DNA of 64,000 bases from an uncultured Planctomycetaceae bacterium (lineage in GTDB: Bacteria; Planctomycetota; Phycisphaerae; SM23-33): the NCBI GenBank assembly GCA_964401385.1, contig CAYNYF010000005.1:5810-69809 (forward strand). Reading direction: 5' to 3'. Positions 49,298-58,805 of the stretch are shown piece by piece. The position numbers and the translations under genes are program-made. The notes beneath the pieces were generated by a model. It was not told where the DNA came from. It saw only the letters and a list, made by a program, of their open reading frames with translations, and did not search any database. Every line of letters begins with the position of its first letter. Position 1 is the stretch's first letter.

Positions 49298-50464
49298 TCA
49301 TTCATTGGCCATCAGGCGTTCGGCGCTCGTCATTTTCTTGCGCGCGCTCACTGAGACGATCATGGCCGTCGCCGCCGACATTGCCAGCAGCGAACTCCCG
49401 CCGGCCGAGACGAACGGCAGCGACACGCCGGTCGGCGGCAGGCACACCGCGTTCACGGCGACGTGCATGACCGCCTGCAAGCCGATGAGGAAGCCGAGCC
49501 CTCCCGCGAGCAGGGCGCCGAGGCGATCGCCGGCCGTCCGCGCCGCCCGATACGCCAGCAGCAGCCAGACCAGCAGCAGGGCGATGACCACCCCCGCCCC
49601 GATCGCGCCCAGCTCCTGGCAGATCATGGCGAAGATGAAGTCGGTGCCGGCCTCGGGCAGATATCCGTACTTCGCCACCCCGCCGCCGACCCCGGCCGGC
49701 GCCGCCCCGGAGGCGACGGCGATCAGGGCCTGCCGCGGCTGGTAGGCCGACGGGTTGGTCGTGCTGAACGGATCCCAGAAGGCCGTGATCCTCGCCCACC
49801 GGTGCGGGTCGCAGACGACGAACTTATAGAAGCCGGCGGCGGCGAGCGGCAGCAGGGCCAGCACGTACAGCCACGGCACGCCGCCCATCAGCAGCAGCAC
49901 GGCCGAGGCGATGGCGATGATCGCGGCCGTGCCGAAGTCCTGCGTGACCACCAGCGCGATGCCCAGCCCGATCAGCCCAACGGCCGGCAGGAACGTCCGA
50001 GTGAAACTCCGCGGGCGGACGCCCGGGCGGCTGAGCAGTCCCGCCAGAAAGACCAGCACACCGAACTTGAGCACCTCGGAGGGCTGAAACCCCACCGGGC
50101 CGAACTGGAGGAAACGCAGCGTCCCGCGGATGTCTCTGCCGAACACCAGCACCGCCGCGGCGCTGCAAAGGCCAACGACCAGCAGCGCTTCGGCCGGCGT
50201 GGGCAGCCGTCGGCCCCAGGGCCGGCGGACAAGCCAGCGATAGTCCAGCCGCCACAGCAGCAGGAGCAGCAGCAGCCCGCTGGTCGCGAAGAGTAGTTGC
50301 CGGACATCGCGGCGATAGTACCACTTCGCCCCGGCCGCCGTTGGGAAGGAGGTGCTGAAGACCATCACCGCCCCCAGGGCCATCAACGCCAGCGTCGTCA
50401 GGATCAGGGCCTCGCCGCCCGGGTTGTCCCGCAACGCGATCCGTCCAGGCTTTCCGCCTTCCAT
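49298..50464 (-). CDS. ftsW: SEDS-family peptidoglycan glycosyltransferase (FtsW/RodA)
   Basis: 10-TM SEDS protein with the conserved C-terminal loop. Confidence 0.85.
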   Translation of the reverse strand: MEGGKPGRIALRDNPGGEALILTTLALMALGAVMVFSTSFPTAAGAKWYYRRDVRQLLFATSGLLLLLLLWRLDYRWLVRRPWGRRLPTPAEALLVVGLCSAAAVLVFGRDIRGTLRFLQFGPVGFQPSEVLKFGVLVFLAGLLSRPGVRPRSFTRTFLPAVGLIGLGIALVVTQDFGTAAIIAIASAVLLLMGGVPWLYVLALLPLAAAGFYKFVVCDPHRWARITAFWDPFSTTNPSAYQPRQALIAVASGAAPAGVGGGVAKYGYLPEAGTDFIFAMICQELGAIGAGVVIALLLVWLLLAYRAARTAGDRLGALLAGGLGFLIGLQAVMHVAVNAVCLPPTGVSLPFVSAGGSSLLAMSAATAMIVSVSARKKMTSAERLMANE

Positions 50465-50508
50465 GGCGTCCTCCAGAACGCGAATTCGAGCAAATCACGA
50501 GAAGAAAC

Positions 50509-50538
50509 AGAACGCGAACTCGCGCGAATTCGCGTTCT
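50509..50538 (-). promoter_or_regulatory. Hairpin (10-bp stem agaacgcgaa/ttcgcgttct) overlapping the mraY stop, followed by a U-rich tract on the transcript
   Basis: Inverted repeat read from the sequence. A direct partial repeat cgcgaattcg lies nearby at about 50478-50490. Confidence 0.35.
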
Positions 50539-51659
50539 CAGCGGAGTTTCAGCGTCGCCAAAGCCACGGCCGCGCACAGGATGCCCAGCAGCCAGAAGCG
50601 GACCACCACCTTGGACTCCGCCCAGCCGGCCAGGTGGAAATGATGATGGACCGGTGCACAGCGGAACAGCCGCCGGCCGCCGGTGCCCTTGAAATACAGA
50701 ATCTGCATCAGCACGCTGACGGCTTCCATGACGAACACGCCGCCGGCGAGGAACAGCATCAGCTCGTGCCGGGTGACCACGGCGATGTAGCCGATCAGCC
50801 CCCCCAGCGGCAGCGAGCCGGTGTCGCCCATGAACACCTGCGCCGGCAGGCAGTTGTACCACAAGAACCCCACGCAGGCGCCGACCATGGCCGCGCACAC
50901 CACCGTCAGCTCCGCCGCCTCCGGCACGAAGGGCAGGCGGAAGACGTTGGCCCAATCGTGCACGCCGGCCACCCACGCCAACACCAGAAACACGCCGGTG
51001 ACCATGACCATGCAGCCGCCGGCCAGCCCGTCCATGCCGTCGGTGAGGTTGACGGCGTTGGAGGAACCGGTGATGACCAACACCCCGATGATCACGAACG
51101 CCAGCAGCGGCAGGTGCAACGGCTGGGCCCGGAAGGGGAAGTAAAAGTTCTGGACGGCGTTGATGAGTCTGCCATCGTAGTCCTCGTAGAAGCTCTCGCG
51201 CCCGTGGCTGTAGATGAAGATGGTCAGCAGCACCCCCAAGCAGACCTGGAAGACGATCTTCTCCCACATCTTCAGCCCGTCGCGGGTGGAGCCTTCGCCG
51301 CTGCCGGGGCGGCCTTGGCGCAGCTTGAACCAGTCGTCGAAAGCCCCCACCCCCCCCAGCCAGATCAGGGCGAACAACGCCAGCCGCACGTACATGCTGT
51401 CCAGGTCTGCCAGCAGCAGCGTGCTCAGAAAGATCGCCAGCACGATCAGGGCGCCGCCCATGGTGGGCGTGGCCGACTTGTGGCGGGTCAGCTCGTTCAG
51501 GGCGGCGTGGTCGAACTCCGGGCGGTCGCCCAGCTTCTTGCGAATCAGGAAGCGGATCATCCGCGGGCTCAGCAGCACCACCACCAGAAAGCTCACCACG
51601 GCCGCGCACACCATCCGCAGGATCAACTGCGTCCCGCCGAAAAGCAGGTCGGTCAGCAC
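50538..51659 (-). CDS. mraY: Phospho-N-acetylmuramoyl-pentapeptide transferase
   Basis: PTMGG motif and other MraY-family blocks. Confidence 0.9.
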   Translation of the reverse strand: MLTDLLFGGTQLILRMVCAAVVSFLVVVLLSPRMIRFLIRKKLGDRPEFDHAALNELTRHKSATPTMGGALIVLAIFLSTLLLADLDSMYVRLALFALIWLGGVGAFDDWFKLRQGRPGSGEGSTRDGLKMWEKIVFQVCLGVLLTIFIYSHGRESFYEDYDGRLINAVQNFYFPFRAQPLHLPLLAFVIIGVLVITGSSNAVNLTDGMDGLAGGCMVMVTGVFLVLAWVAGVHDWANVFRLPFVPEAAELTVVCAAMVGACVGFLWYNCLPAQVFMGDTGSLPLGGLIGYIAVVTRHELMLFLAGGVFVMEAVSVLMQILYFKGTGGRRLFRCAPVHHHFHLAGWAESKVVVRFWLLGILCAAVALATLKLR

Positions 51660-53074
51660 TTGGGCTTTGCCTTTCTGGTCTTGCCCGCCCGCCTAGCGGG
51701 GGCGAAGGCCGCCTGAATTTTGCCTACCAGCCGCTCCATCCCCATCGCCCGGGAGCCCTTGAGCAGGACGACGTCGCCGCTCTTGAGCATCTTCGGCAGC
51801 CTCCTGCACGCGGCCTCGACGGAGGCGATCTGCTCTGTCTGGACGTTGTCGCCCGCGGCCGCGGCGGCGATCTGCCGGCCCAGCGGACCCACCCCCACGA
51901 GCAGGTCCACCCGGCAGCGGGACAGCGCCTCGCCGGCGGCCCGATGCAGCTCGTCGCTTCGCGGGCCCAGCTCCAGCATGTCGCCGGCGACGATGACGCG
52001 GCGCTTGCCGGGGAAGCTCGCCAGCGTCTCGCCGGCCGCCAGCAGCGAGGCCGGATTGGCGTTGTAGGCGTCGTTGACGATGGTGACCGCGCCGGCGGGT
52101 ACCCGCTCCAGCCGCATTTCCAGGCCGGTGTAATCGCCCAGGGCCTCGGCCGCCGCCCGCGGGTCCATGCCGAACCGCTGAGCGACCCCGATCGCTGCAA
52201 GGGCGTTGAGGGCGTTGTGCTTGCCCGGCACCGACAGCTCCGCCCACGTCCGGCCGTTCAGCTCGAAGCGGCACCGGCCGTCGCCGGCCTCATAGCCGGT
52301 CAGGCGCAGCTCGGCCGAGTCGCTCTCGCCGAAGCCCACCCGCCGCACGTCGTAGGCACGCACTGCCCGTTCCAGCGGCTCGCTGTCGGCCCAGATCACG
52401 CCCAGGCCGGATGGACCCAACCCCCCAAGAATCGCCGCCTTCTCGGCCGCGATGTGCTCCAGGTCCATCAGCTTCTCCAGGTGCGTCTCAGCCACCGAGG
52501 TGATCACGGCCACGTCCGGGCGAACGATGCCCGTCAGGGCGGCGATCTCACCGGGGGCGTTGGAGCCGATCTCGCAGATGACGTAATCGTCGTCGGCGGC
52601 CGCGTCGAATATCGTCAGCGGCACGCCCACGTCGTTGTTGAAGCTCTTGGGCCCGGCGCGGCCTTTGAGCCGCCGGGAGAGAATCCGGTCGATCATGCCC
52701 TTGACGGTGGTCTTCCCGTTGGAGCCGGTCACGCCCACGAAGCTCGCGGCCAGGTGTTGCCGGACCGACCCCGCCAGCTTGCCCAGCGCTACCCGGGTGT
52801 CGGCGACGCCGACCACGCCGCCGGCGAACCACCCCATGACCTGCTCGTCCAGGGTCGCGCCGAAGTCCACCACGGCCGCGACGCAGCCAGCCGCGGCGGC
52901 CTGCGGCAGGAAGTCGTGCCCGTCGAAGTTCGGCCCGCGCAGGGCGAAGAACACGTCGCCGGCCCGGGCCGTGCGCGAATCGACTGAGACGCCCTCGATC
53001 GGCACCATCTCCGCCGGCGAGCGCCACCCGCCGCGAACCGCCCCTCGAAGCTCTTCCGGCATCAACCGTCGCAT
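51653..53074 (-). CDS. murF: UDP-N-acetylmuramoyl-tripeptide--D-alanyl-D-alanine ligase
   Basis: VTGSNGKTT P-loop; Mur ligase domains. Confidence 0.9.
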   Translation of the reverse strand: MRRLMPEELRGAVRGGWRSPAEMVPIEGVSVDSRTARAGDVFFALRGPNFDGHDFLPQAAAAGCVAAVVDFGATLDEQVMGWFAGGVVGVADTRVALGKLAGSVRQHLAASFVGVTGSNGKTTVKGMIDRILSRRLKGRAGPKSFNNDVGVPLTIFDAAADDDYVICEIGSNAPGEIAALTGIVRPDVAVITSVAETHLEKLMDLEHIAAEKAAILGGLGPSGLGVIWADSEPLERAVRAYDVRRVGFGESDSAELRLTGYEAGDGRCRFELNGRTWAELSVPGKHNALNALAAIGVAQRFGMDPRAAAEALGDYTGLEMRLERVPAGAVTIVNDAYNANPASLLAAGETLASFPGKRRVIVAGDMLELGPRSDELHRAAGEALSRCRVDLLVGVGPLGRQIAAAAAGDNVQTEQIASVEAACRRLPKMLKSGDVVLLKGSRAMGMERLVGKIQAAFAPARRAGKTRKAKPKC

Positions 53075-53099
53075 GATCGTCGCTATATCCTACCCCGCC

Positions 53100-53232
53100 C
53101 TCGGAAAACTTTACACGCGAGAAGGAGACAAAGCTGAAAGCTGAAAACTGAAAGCTGAAAAAAGCCAAACGGTCCGTTACGCTCGCGTCGTCTTTCAGCT
53201 TTTAGCTTCTAGCTTTCAGTTTTCATTTTTCC
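53100..53232. repeat. Composite inverted-repeat/hairpin element built from GCTGAAA heptads (copies 2 and 3) in the murE/murF gap
   Basis: Left arm aagctgaaagctgaaaactgaaagctgaaaaaag (53131-53164). Loop contains the mini-palindrome aacggtccgtt. Right arm tctttcagcttttagcttctagctttcagttttcattttt (53191-53230) abuts the murE stop. Confidence 0.6.
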
Positions 53233-54701
53233 TACGCCCCCGCCTCACCCAGCAGCTCCGCGGCGGTTTCCATGTCGTCGAAGTGGATCCGCCTGTCGCC
53301 GATGACCTGATAGTTCTCGTGGCCCTTTCCGGCGATCAGGACGACGTCGCCTTTTCCCGCCGAGGCGACGGCCGCGGCGATGGCCGACCGCCGGTCCGGC
53401 TCGACCTGCACCTGGCCGCGGGCCCGCTCGGAGAATCCGGCCATCACCTCCTCGATGATAGCCGCCGGCTCCTCGGTGCGCGGGTTGTCGGAGGTGACGA
53501 TGATGCGGTCGGCGCGCTTCTCGGCCACGGCGGCCATCCGCGGGCGCTTGGAGCGGTCGCGGTCGCCGCCGCAGCCGAAGACCAGGATCAGCTTTCCGTC
53601 CGTCAGTGGCCGCAGGGCCGAAAGAACGTTGTCCAGGGCATCGTCGGTGTGGGCGTAATCCACCATCACGTCGAAGGGCCCGGCGAAGGTTACCCGCTGG
53701 AGCCGGCCGGGGACGTAGCGAACCTCGCCCAGGGCTCCGGCGATGGCTTCCAGGTCAACGCCCAGGGCGATCGCCGCCGCCGCCGCCGCCAGGGCGTTGG
53801 CAACGTTGTGCCGCCCGATCAACTGAAGCTGCACGCCCGCCTCCCGCCCGGCGTGGACGAGAAAGAAGGTGCTGCCGGACGGCTCGATTCGCTCGATCCG
53901 GGCGTACACGTCGGCCGCGGGGCTCAGGCCGTACCAAAGGACCGGCGCGGCCGTGGCCGAGGCGATCTGCTCGGCGTAGCGGCTGTCGCGGTTGACCACG
54001 GCCCGGGCGGCGGCCGGCAGCGACTCGAACAGCCTCCGCTTGGCCGCCAGGTAGTTGGCCATGGTGCCGTGATAGTCCAAATGGTCGCCGCTGAGATTGG
54101 TGAACACGCCCACGTCGAAGTCGACCCCGGCGGTGCGGTGCTGGTCCAGGGCGTGGGAGGAGACCTCCATCACCAGGTGGGTGCCGCCGGCCCGGACCAC
54201 CTCGGCCATCATCTCCGCCAGTCGCAGCGGGTCGGGGGTGGTGGTGCCGGCGGGGGCGGAGGCGGCGATGGTGTCGTAGGCAATCGTGCCCAGCAGGGCC
54301 GCTTTTTTCCCGGACGATTCCAGGATGTGGTGCAGCAGGTAGGTGAAGGTGGTCTTGCCGTTGGTGCCGGTGACGCCGACGACGGTCAGCTTTCGCGCGG
54401 GCCAGCCGGCGATGGCCTGGGCGACCGGCCCGACGGCCCGGGCCGAGTCCGGCACGACCGCGTAAGCAACCCGAGGGCGCACGGCCGCGGCGTCTTCGCA
54501 GACCACGGCCGTGCACCCCGCCGCCACGGCTGAAGCGATGTATCGGTGGCCGTCCGTCGCCGTCCCCCGAACGGCCACAAAGCAATCTCCTTCCTGCGCC
54601 TTGCGAGAGTCCGTCACGACGCGCCGCACGTCGGCCTCGCCCCGGCGCTGCACGCCGTCCACTCCGGCCTCGGCCAGCAGTTCTGAAAAACGCATCGCCA
54701 T
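53232..54701 (-). CDS. murE: UDP-N-acetylmuramoyl-L-alanyl-D-glutamate--2,6-diaminopimelate ligase
   Basis: Start at MAMRFSELL, which aligns with the E. coli MurE N-terminus. VTGTNGKTT P-loop. DNPR / KGHE motifs near the C-terminus. The track's longer ORF up to 55055 would overlap ftsI. Confidence 0.9.
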   Translation of the reverse strand: MAMRFSELLAEAGVDGVQRRGEADVRRVVTDSRKAQEGDCFVAVRGTATDGHRYIASAVAAGCTAVVCEDAAAVRPRVAYAVVPDSARAVGPVAQAIAGWPARKLTVVGVTGTNGKTTFTYLLHHILESSGKKAALLGTIAYDTIAASAPAGTTTPDPLRLAEMMAEVVRAGGTHLVMEVSSHALDQHRTAGVDFDVGVFTNLSGDHLDYHGTMANYLAAKRRLFESLPAAARAVVNRDSRYAEQIASATAAPVLWYGLSPAADVYARIERIEPSGSTFFLVHAGREAGVQLQLIGRHNVANALAAAAAAIALGVDLEAIAGALGEVRYVPGRLQRVTFAGPFDVMVDYAHTDDALDNVLSALRPLTDGKLILVFGCGGDRDRSKRPRMAAVAEKRADRIIVTSDNPRTEEPAAIIEEVMAGFSERARGQVQVEPDRRSAIAAAVASAGKGDVVLIAGKGHENYQVIGDRRIHFDDMETAAELLGEAGA

Positions 54702-54907
54702 CTCGTTGCCGCCGGCGAGGGCGCCGACTCGCCGGCACCGGCAGGAAGACATCTTTCGAGGGCCCCAAACGCCCATCGCCCCCGCCGGGGGCGCGGCCTG
54801 CGCTTGGGGCCGTCGCTGCCCGGGCGCGGCGACACTCCGAGTGCCGCCGGCCCGGGCCAACGCTGGGACACTATTGTAACCAATCCATCGGCCCACCGGC
54901 CGAGGGG

Positions 54908-56653
54908 TCATCGCCTGACGACCTCCCCGAGCTTGTCGGGAGGGGTCTCCAGATATTCCAGGGTCTTTTCGAGCACCTCGCCGACGTAGGGGGCGGCCAC
55001 CTTGCCGCCGGTGTAGCCGGTGCTGTAGTCGGGCCGGTAGACGCTGATCACGCACACCGCCGCCGGCCGGGCGGCCGGGGCGCCGCCCACGAAGGTGGCC
55101 GTGTACGCCCGCTCCTCATAGCCGTTCGGCCCGCCGATCTGGGCGGTGCCGGTCTTGCCGAAGACCCGCCACTGGCGCAGCCGCGCCCGCTTGCCCGTGC
55201 CGCGCTCGACCACGTTGACCAGCACCTCTTCCAGGAACTGCCGTGCGACGCGGCGGCTGAGCACACGCCGGATGCGCCGGCGGCGGGACTGATACACCAG
55301 GGCTCCGTCGGCGTCGACCACGTGGTCGACGATCCGCGGGCGCAGCAGCTCCCCGCCGTTGGCGATGGCGCTGAAGGCCGTCGTCATCTGCAAGGCGGTG
55401 ACCATGATCGGCCCCTGGCCGAAGGGAAGCCGGCGGGTGGCGTAGGGCGTCCAGCGGCGGATGGACACCAGCCGTCCGGGAGACTCGCCCGGCAGGTCGG
55501 CTCCCGTGCGCCGGCCGAAGCCGAAGGCCGAGGCGATGCGGTGCAGCCGCCAATTGCCCAGGTGCTCGCCCAGCTTGGCCATGCCGATGTTGCTGGAGTG
55601 GATCACGATCTCCGCCAGCGGAAGCTGCCCGAAGTGCATACCCGGGAAGTCGCGAATCGTCCCGCCCCTGTAGGCGTGGTAGATGCCATTGTGGCAGAAG
55701 AACTCCGTGTCCAGGGCGGCGGCGTTCATCTGCACCGCCCCAGCGGCGATGAAGAGCTTGAAGCAGCTTCCCGGCTCGTACGGGTCGGTGACGGCGCGGT
55801 TGCGGCGCCGTTCGGGGGAGCTGTGGGCGTAGTCGTTGGGGTCGTAGCCGGGCGCGCAGGCGACGGCGAGGATCTCGCCGGTGTCGGGCTCCATCACCAC
55901 GCCCCAGGCGGCCGCCGCCTTATAGCGCTCGGCCAGCTCGGCCAGGGCCTGCTCCAGAAAGCCCTGTACGATCACGTCCAGTGTCAGGAAGACGTGCCTG
56001 CCGTCGACGGGCGGGCGGTAGTGCCGGAGGAAGCCGTAGCTGCCGGTTCTGGCGGCGTCGGAACCCATGACGGCGACGCCATCGCGGCTGCGGAGGTAGG
56101 AATCGGCCTGAAGCTCGATGCCGGCGCCGGCGACACCGTCGACCCGCCGAAAGCCGACCGCCTGCGCCGCCAGCGACCCGCTGGGATAGTGTCGCCGCCA
56201 CTCATGCATCAGCCCCACACCCCGCAGCTTCAGATCGCCCAGCGCCCGGGCTTGGGCGGCCGAGACGTTGCGAAGCAGGTACACGAAACGCTTGTCCCGC
56301 CGCTCGTACATCTTGCGGTACAGCTCCGCCTCGAAGCCGCCGACGGCGGCGGCGATCTTCCGCGCCGCCGATGCCAGATTGTCCGGGCCGATGAGCACCG
56401 GGTCGGCGTAGCAGGTGGGCACCTGCTTGGACCCGGCCAGGAGAACGTATCCGCCGCGGGTGCGGGCGTAGATGTTACCCGGGCGGGCGGGCAGGACCAT
56501 CACTCGCCGCTGCTGGCGGGCGGCCAGACGGGCCAGGTCGCCGCCGCCGCCGAACTGCAAGTACACCACCCGCCCGGCCAGGGCCGCGAAGGCAGCGACC
56601 AGCAGGCCGAAGAACAGGTCGAATCGCCATTTTGCCAGTTTCAGTTCGCCCAT
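54908..56653 (-). CDS. ftsI: Peptidoglycan D,D-transpeptidase (PBP3-like)
   Basis: Start at MGELKLAKWRFDLFFGLLVAAF (TM anchor). Transpeptidase SxxK/SxN/KTG-type blocks. The track ORF start 56767 is an extension. Confidence 0.85.
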   Translation of the reverse strand: MGELKLAKWRFDLFFGLLVAAFAALAGRVVYLQFGGGGDLARLAARQQRRVMVLPARPGNIYARTRGGYVLLAGSKQVPTCYADPVLIGPDNLASAARKIAAAVGGFEAELYRKMYERRDKRFVYLLRNVSAAQARALGDLKLRGVGLMHEWRRHYPSGSLAAQAVGFRRVDGVAGAGIELQADSYLRSRDGVAVMGSDAARTGSYGFLRHYRPPVDGRHVFLTLDVIVQGFLEQALAELAERYKAAAAWGVVMEPDTGEILAVACAPGYDPNDYAHSSPERRRNRAVTDPYEPGSCFKLFIAAGAVQMNAAALDTEFFCHNGIYHAYRGGTIRDFPGMHFGQLPLAEIVIHSSNIGMAKLGEHLGNWRLHRIASAFGFGRRTGADLPGESPGRLVSIRRWTPYATRRLPFGQGPIMVTALQMTTAFSAIANGGELLRPRIVDHVVDADGALVYQSRRRRIRRVLSRRVARQFLEEVLVNVVERGTGKRARLRQWRVFGKTGTAQIGGPNGYEERAYTATFVGGAPAARPAAVCVISVYRPDYSTGYTGGKVAAPYVGEVLEKTLEYLETPPDKLGEVVRR

Positions 56654-56720
56654 GCTGGCGTGCTTAGCATTCCGGTGCCGGCGCGGGGCCGGGCCGAGGG
56701 CCAAAGTTAGTTTCGCTCGC

Positions 56721-56999
56721 TCACCAGGCCGGCCGGGGCGGGCGGCGGCTGGGCCGGCGCGGCTCACCGGGGCCGGCGACGTCGATGGGCCAATCCTCGG
56801 CCAATCGGCGTATGTTCTGCGGGGCCGTCAGTTCGCCCAGTCGAAGCTGCTGGCTCCACAGCCTCCGCCGGACCTCGAGCCTCCGGCCCTCCAGGTTGCA
56901 GATGTCGGATCGTACTCGGGTTTGTTGCAGGCGGAAGCCGGCCGCGGCCGCGGCGATTGCCGCCACCGCCAGGATGATCCACGCAAAGCGCATCCTCAC
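56721..56999 (-). CDS. ftsL: FtsL/DivIC-like small bitopic division protein
   Basis: TM (AWIILAVAAIAAAAAGF) followed by a short coiled coil. Sits immediately upstream of ftsI. Confidence 0.5.
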   Translation of the reverse strand: MRMRFAWIILAVAAIAAAAAGFRLQQTRVRSDICNLEGRRLEVRRRLWSQQLRLGELTAPQNIRRLAEDWPIDVAGPGEPRRPSRRPPRPAW

Positions 57000-57014
57000 A
57001 CTCCGCCCGTCCGC

Positions 57015-57797
57015 TCACGCACCGTTGGGAATTCGCAGCCTCAGCCCCACGGGCAGGCGGTCGGGGTCGCGGATCCGATCGGGATTTGCCTCCAGCAGCT
57101 TCCGCACGGCCGACCCGGCGGACGAGCCCATCTGGCGACGGGCGATGTCGGTCAGGGTGTCGCCGGCCCGGACGACGTAGGTTCGCCCCCGCCGGAAGCG
57201 GCCCTCCAGCGCAGGCAGCGTCATCTCGGTGTAGTTCTCCCGCCGCCGCACCCCGGGCGGGGAAACCGCCCGCCGCGACGCCGCCTCCAACGGCGGGATC
57301 AGAAGCACCTGGCCGACACCCACCTGCGAGGCGCTCGGCAGCTTCTCGCGATTGGCCGCGAAGATGCGGAGGTGCTCCCTTTCGTGCTCGCGCCCGTAAA
57401 CCTTCCGGGCGATCCGGATGAGCGTGTCTCCCGCCACCACCGTGTACGTCCGCGCCGGCCGAGCGGGCTGCACCGGGGGCGTCCGCTCCGGCGGCTGCGG
57501 GAGGTCCTGGCGGGCGACCAGGCTGGGCAGGCGCAAAGAGCCGTCCCCACGGTTGGCCTGATCGGAAGCCGGCGGAGGCGCAGTTTGCGCGGCAAGCTCG
57601 GGGGCATCGTCGCGGTGGTCCATCGAGGCGGCGGCCAGCTCCGGGCCAGTCAGTTGCGGCGGGGGCACGACGCCGGGGGGCGGCTGGCGGCTGGCGCTCT
57701 CGGCCGCCAGTCTCAAACTCCTCTGGCCGAGGACCATGCCGAAAAGAGCAATGAACGCCAGACCAACCAGCAGTGCGACGCGTCTGTCCCGTTTCAT
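57015..57797 (-). CDS. Membrane-anchored protein with two LysM domains
   Basis: N-terminal TM, Pro-rich linker, LysM repeats YTVVAGDTLIRIARKVYG and YVVRAGDTLTDIARRQMG. Confidence 0.75.
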   Translation of the reverse strand: MKRDRRVALLVGLAFIALFGMVLGQRSLRLAAESASRQPPPGVVPPPQLTGPELAAASMDHRDDAPELAAQTAPPPASDQANRGDGSLRLPSLVARQDLPQPPERTPPVQPARPARTYTVVAGDTLIRIARKVYGREHEREHLRIFAANREKLPSASQVGVGQVLLIPPLEAASRRAVSPPGVRRRENYTEMTLPALEGRFRRGRTYVVRAGDTLTDIARRQMGSSAGSAVRKLLEANPDRIRDPDRLPVGLRLRIPNGA

Positions 57798-57896
57798 GAC
57801 AGCAGGCTCCGTCCCAGGCGGGTCAGGCAGGTGCCGTCCGGGGGCGACCCGTCGGCGTCCGGGGCCCGACGGGTGAGAACCTGCTCTGACCAGCGA

Positions 57897-58793
57897 CTAC
57901 TGAATCCTTTCCAGTGTGCGAAGTTTCGCCGAGCGGCTTCGCGGGTTACGTGCGACCTCGTCTCGACTCGGCGTCAGCGGTTTGGGCGTCAACAGCCGGT
58001 GCGTGCCGGCCTCGGCGGCCGCGGCAAAACATCGCTTCACCAGCCGGTCCTCCAGCGAGTGAAAGCTGATGACGGCCGCCCGCCCGCCGACGCTCAGAAG
58101 CTGCGGCAGCCGCTCCAGCAGCCGCTGGAGGTTTTCCAGCTCGCCGTTGACGGCGATGCGGATGGCCATGAAGGTCCGCGTGGCCGGGTGGATCCGCCCA
58201 CGCCCGGGGCGGGCGCGACGGACCGCGCCGGCGACGATCCAGGCCAACTCCGCCGTGCGGCAGATCCGCTCCCGCCGGCGGGCACGCACGATGGCGCGGG
58301 CAATCCGCCGGGCGTGGCGCTCCTGGCCGTAGCGGCTGATGAGATCGGCAAGGGCGACCTCGCCGGCGGTGTTGACCAGGTCCTCGGCCGTCGGGCCCCG
58401 CCGCCGCATCCGCATGTCCAGCGGCCCGTCGAGCTGGAAGCTGAATCCACGCTCCGGGTCGGCCAACTGGGTCGAGGAGACGCCCAGGTCGGCCACCGCC
58501 GCGTCGACCGAGGCCACCTCGGCCTCGGCCAGTACCGCCTCCAGCTCGGCGAAGTTGGCCTCGAACAGCCGGACACGCGCGCCAAACCGCGCTAAACGCT
58601 CTTTGGTTTTCAAAAGATTGGACTCGTCCAGATCGACGCCGATCAGCCTTGCGGCCGGGCCCGCCGCCTCCAGCAGCGCTTCGGCGTGCCCTCCCAGCCC
58701 AACCGTGCAGTCGACGATGGTTCGCCGGCCCGCGGGGGCCAGGTGCCGCACGACCTCATCGAGCAATACAGGAAAATGGCCGGCATCGTCCAT
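57897..58793 (-). CDS. rsmH: 16S rRNA (cytosine1402-N4)-methyltransferase
   Basis: HFPVLLDEV...DCTVGLGGH SAM motif; 298 aa. Confidence 0.9.
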   Translation of the reverse strand: MDDAGHFPVLLDEVVRHLAPAGRRTIVDCTVGLGGHAEALLEAAGPAARLIGVDLDESNLLKTKERLARFGARVRLFEANFAELEAVLAEAEVASVDAAVADLGVSSTQLADPERGFSFQLDGPLDMRMRRRGPTAEDLVNTAGEVALADLISRYGQERHARRIARAIVRARRRERICRTAELAWIVAGAVRRARPGRGRIHPATRTFMAIRIAVNGELENLQRLLERLPQLLSVGGRAAVISFHSLEDRLVKRCFAAAAEAGTHRLLTPKPLTPSRDEVARNPRSRSAKLRTLERIQ

Positions 58794-58805
58794 GACGCCG
58801 GCCCT

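Noticed and set aside
48001-53232. Possible CRISPR array suggested by short GCTGAAA tandem repeats
   Set aside because: Repeat units are 6-8 bp with no unique spacers and only 3-4 units per copy. They fit an intergenic heptad repeat/hairpin element, not a CRISPR.
54702-55055. N-terminal extension of murE in the track ORF (start at 55055)
   Set aside because: It would overlap ftsI by about 150 bp, and the extension is Arg/Pro-rich junk. MAMRFSELL at about 54701 aligns with known MurE N-termini. Similar extensions were trimmed for ftsI (56767 to 56653), nadD, the FAH-family gene, both Gfo/Idh/MocA genes and the nucleotidyltransferase.
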